DNA of 63,939 bases, counting the filler, from Octopus bimaculoides (taxonomy: Eukaryota): NCBI RefSeq assembly GCF_001194135.2. It is 6 parts of 6 records of this genome, joined end to end, with 100 filler letters (N's around TTAATTAATTAA, not from the genome) between each part and the next. Parts side by side here need not be neighbours in the genome. Positions count along the whole stretch, not along the records: positions 62,118 to 63,939 come from NW_026430016.1; 5 more parts are not named here. One strand, 5' to 3'. Positions within the stretch are counted from its first letter, which is position 1, and every line of letters begins with the position of its first letter. A model generated the notes under the pieces. The model worked only from the letters and a program-made list of their open reading frames with translations. It did not search any database and was not told the DNA's origin. This document shows positions 63,140 to 63,939 of the stretch, piece after piece. Made by a program: the position numbers and the translations under genes.

Positions 63140-63164
63140 TTCAAAAAAGGAAAAAGACAAAAAA

Positions 63165-63325
63165 ACATCTACGTGAGGTCGTGATACAGATTGTGTTACT
63201 GGACGCTCGGGAAAGGAAAGAAAGAGAATTTGACGTTTCGAGCGGTGCTCTTCGTCGGAAACAAAGAAAGTTCAAAGAAGGGAAAAACGGTGGAAGAAAA
63301 AATCGCCACCGATATCCACGATGTT
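63165..63325 (-). mobile_element. Penelope-type repeat tail with hammerhead-like motif
   Basis: Minus strand TTTCCGACGAAGAGCACCGCTCGAAACGTCAAA at 63229-63261. Confidence 0.6.
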
Positions 63326-63353
63326 ACATTATATATATATATATAAATAATTT

Positions 63354-63386
<33 letters not shown>

Positions 63387-63399
63387 GTATGCGCGTGTG

Positions 63400-63640
63400 T
63401 GTGTGTGTCTATGTATGTCTGTGTGTGTGTGTGTGTGTGTTTTTGTCCCCTATCACAGCTTTACAACGGGTGTTGGTGTTTACGTCCCCGTAACTTAGCG
63501 GTTCGGTAAAATAAGCCGGATAGAATAAGTAGCAAGCTTCAAAAAAATTTCTAGGGCTGATTCGTCCCGCTAAAAAAATTCTTCAAGACGCTATCCTGCA
63601 TGATTGCAGTGTAAACACTGAAACAAGCAACAAAATAACG
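63400..63640 (+). mobile_element. 3' half of a family A SINE starting from its internal (TG)n
   Basis: GTTGGTGTTTACGTCCCCGTAACTTAGCGGTTCGG..GATAGAATAAGT..ACTGAAACAAG. Confidence 0.85.
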
Positions 63641-63650
63641 CACACATACT

Positions 63651-63715
<65 letters not shown>

Positions 63716-63939
63716 TTTTCTTTTCTTTATCTTGACTGAAAGAGGATATTTTTATCTGTTGACGTTGAGTTCTTTCAAAGTGCTTTACACATGAATTACT
63801 TCCTTGCTGTGATGAACACTTTCAATTTTTTTCTGATTACATGTATGTGCGTGTGTCTGCGCCTGCGCGTTCACCTCCGTGCATATGTGTACGTATGGTA
63901 TACATGTGTGTATGTATGTATGTATGTATGTATGTATGT

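Noticed and set aside
2868-63160. Long ORFs in the track made of X, YI/CV/HT dipeptide runs or homopolymers
   Set aside because: They are translations of N-gaps and microsatellites with no coding signal.
1-63939. CRISPR arrays, rRNA genes, prokaryotic operons or defence systems
   Set aside because: No regularly spaced repeat-spacer array, rRNA-like sequence or gene-dense region; the DNA is clearly metazoan intronic/intergenic.

Overview
This window is eukaryotic and AT-rich, dense in microsatellites and retroposons, and has many N-gaps. The SINE families, the mariner and R4/Tx1 relics, and the (AT)n/(AC)n/(GATA)n/(TAA)n load point to a coleoid cephalopod, most likely Octopus; this is an inference and no search was run. 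Five 100-bp blocks (N44-TTAATTAATTAA-N44) look like artificial joins, so the window is six pieces whose adjacency is unproven. Almost every ORF in the supplied track comes from microsatellites, N-runs or dead transposons. Host genes I can support: one cadherin-repeat exon (6888-7025, +), an intact tRNA-Val(TAC) (32660-32732, -) with a degenerate AAC-anticodon sister copy, and the last exon of an SDR16C-like short-chain dehydrogenase (49734-49866, +). Weaker candidates are a convergent last exon of an unknown gene (53269-53425, -) and several small exons. Mobile DNA includes a full-length decayed mellifera-type mariner with TIRs and TA duplication, several MITEs, R4/Dong-, Tx1- and CR1-like LINE fragments, and many tRNA-derived SINEs. 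Three features stand out: a ~0.6-0.8 kb foldback palindrome with inward-facing TTAGGG/CCCTAA tracts just upstream of the SDR exon, hammerhead-ribozyme-like motifs in Penelope-type repeat tails, and a CpG-depleted block between two joins. There is no CRISPR, rRNA or prokaryotic system. All alignments were done by eye, family names come from recalled motifs, and repeat boundaries are approximate.
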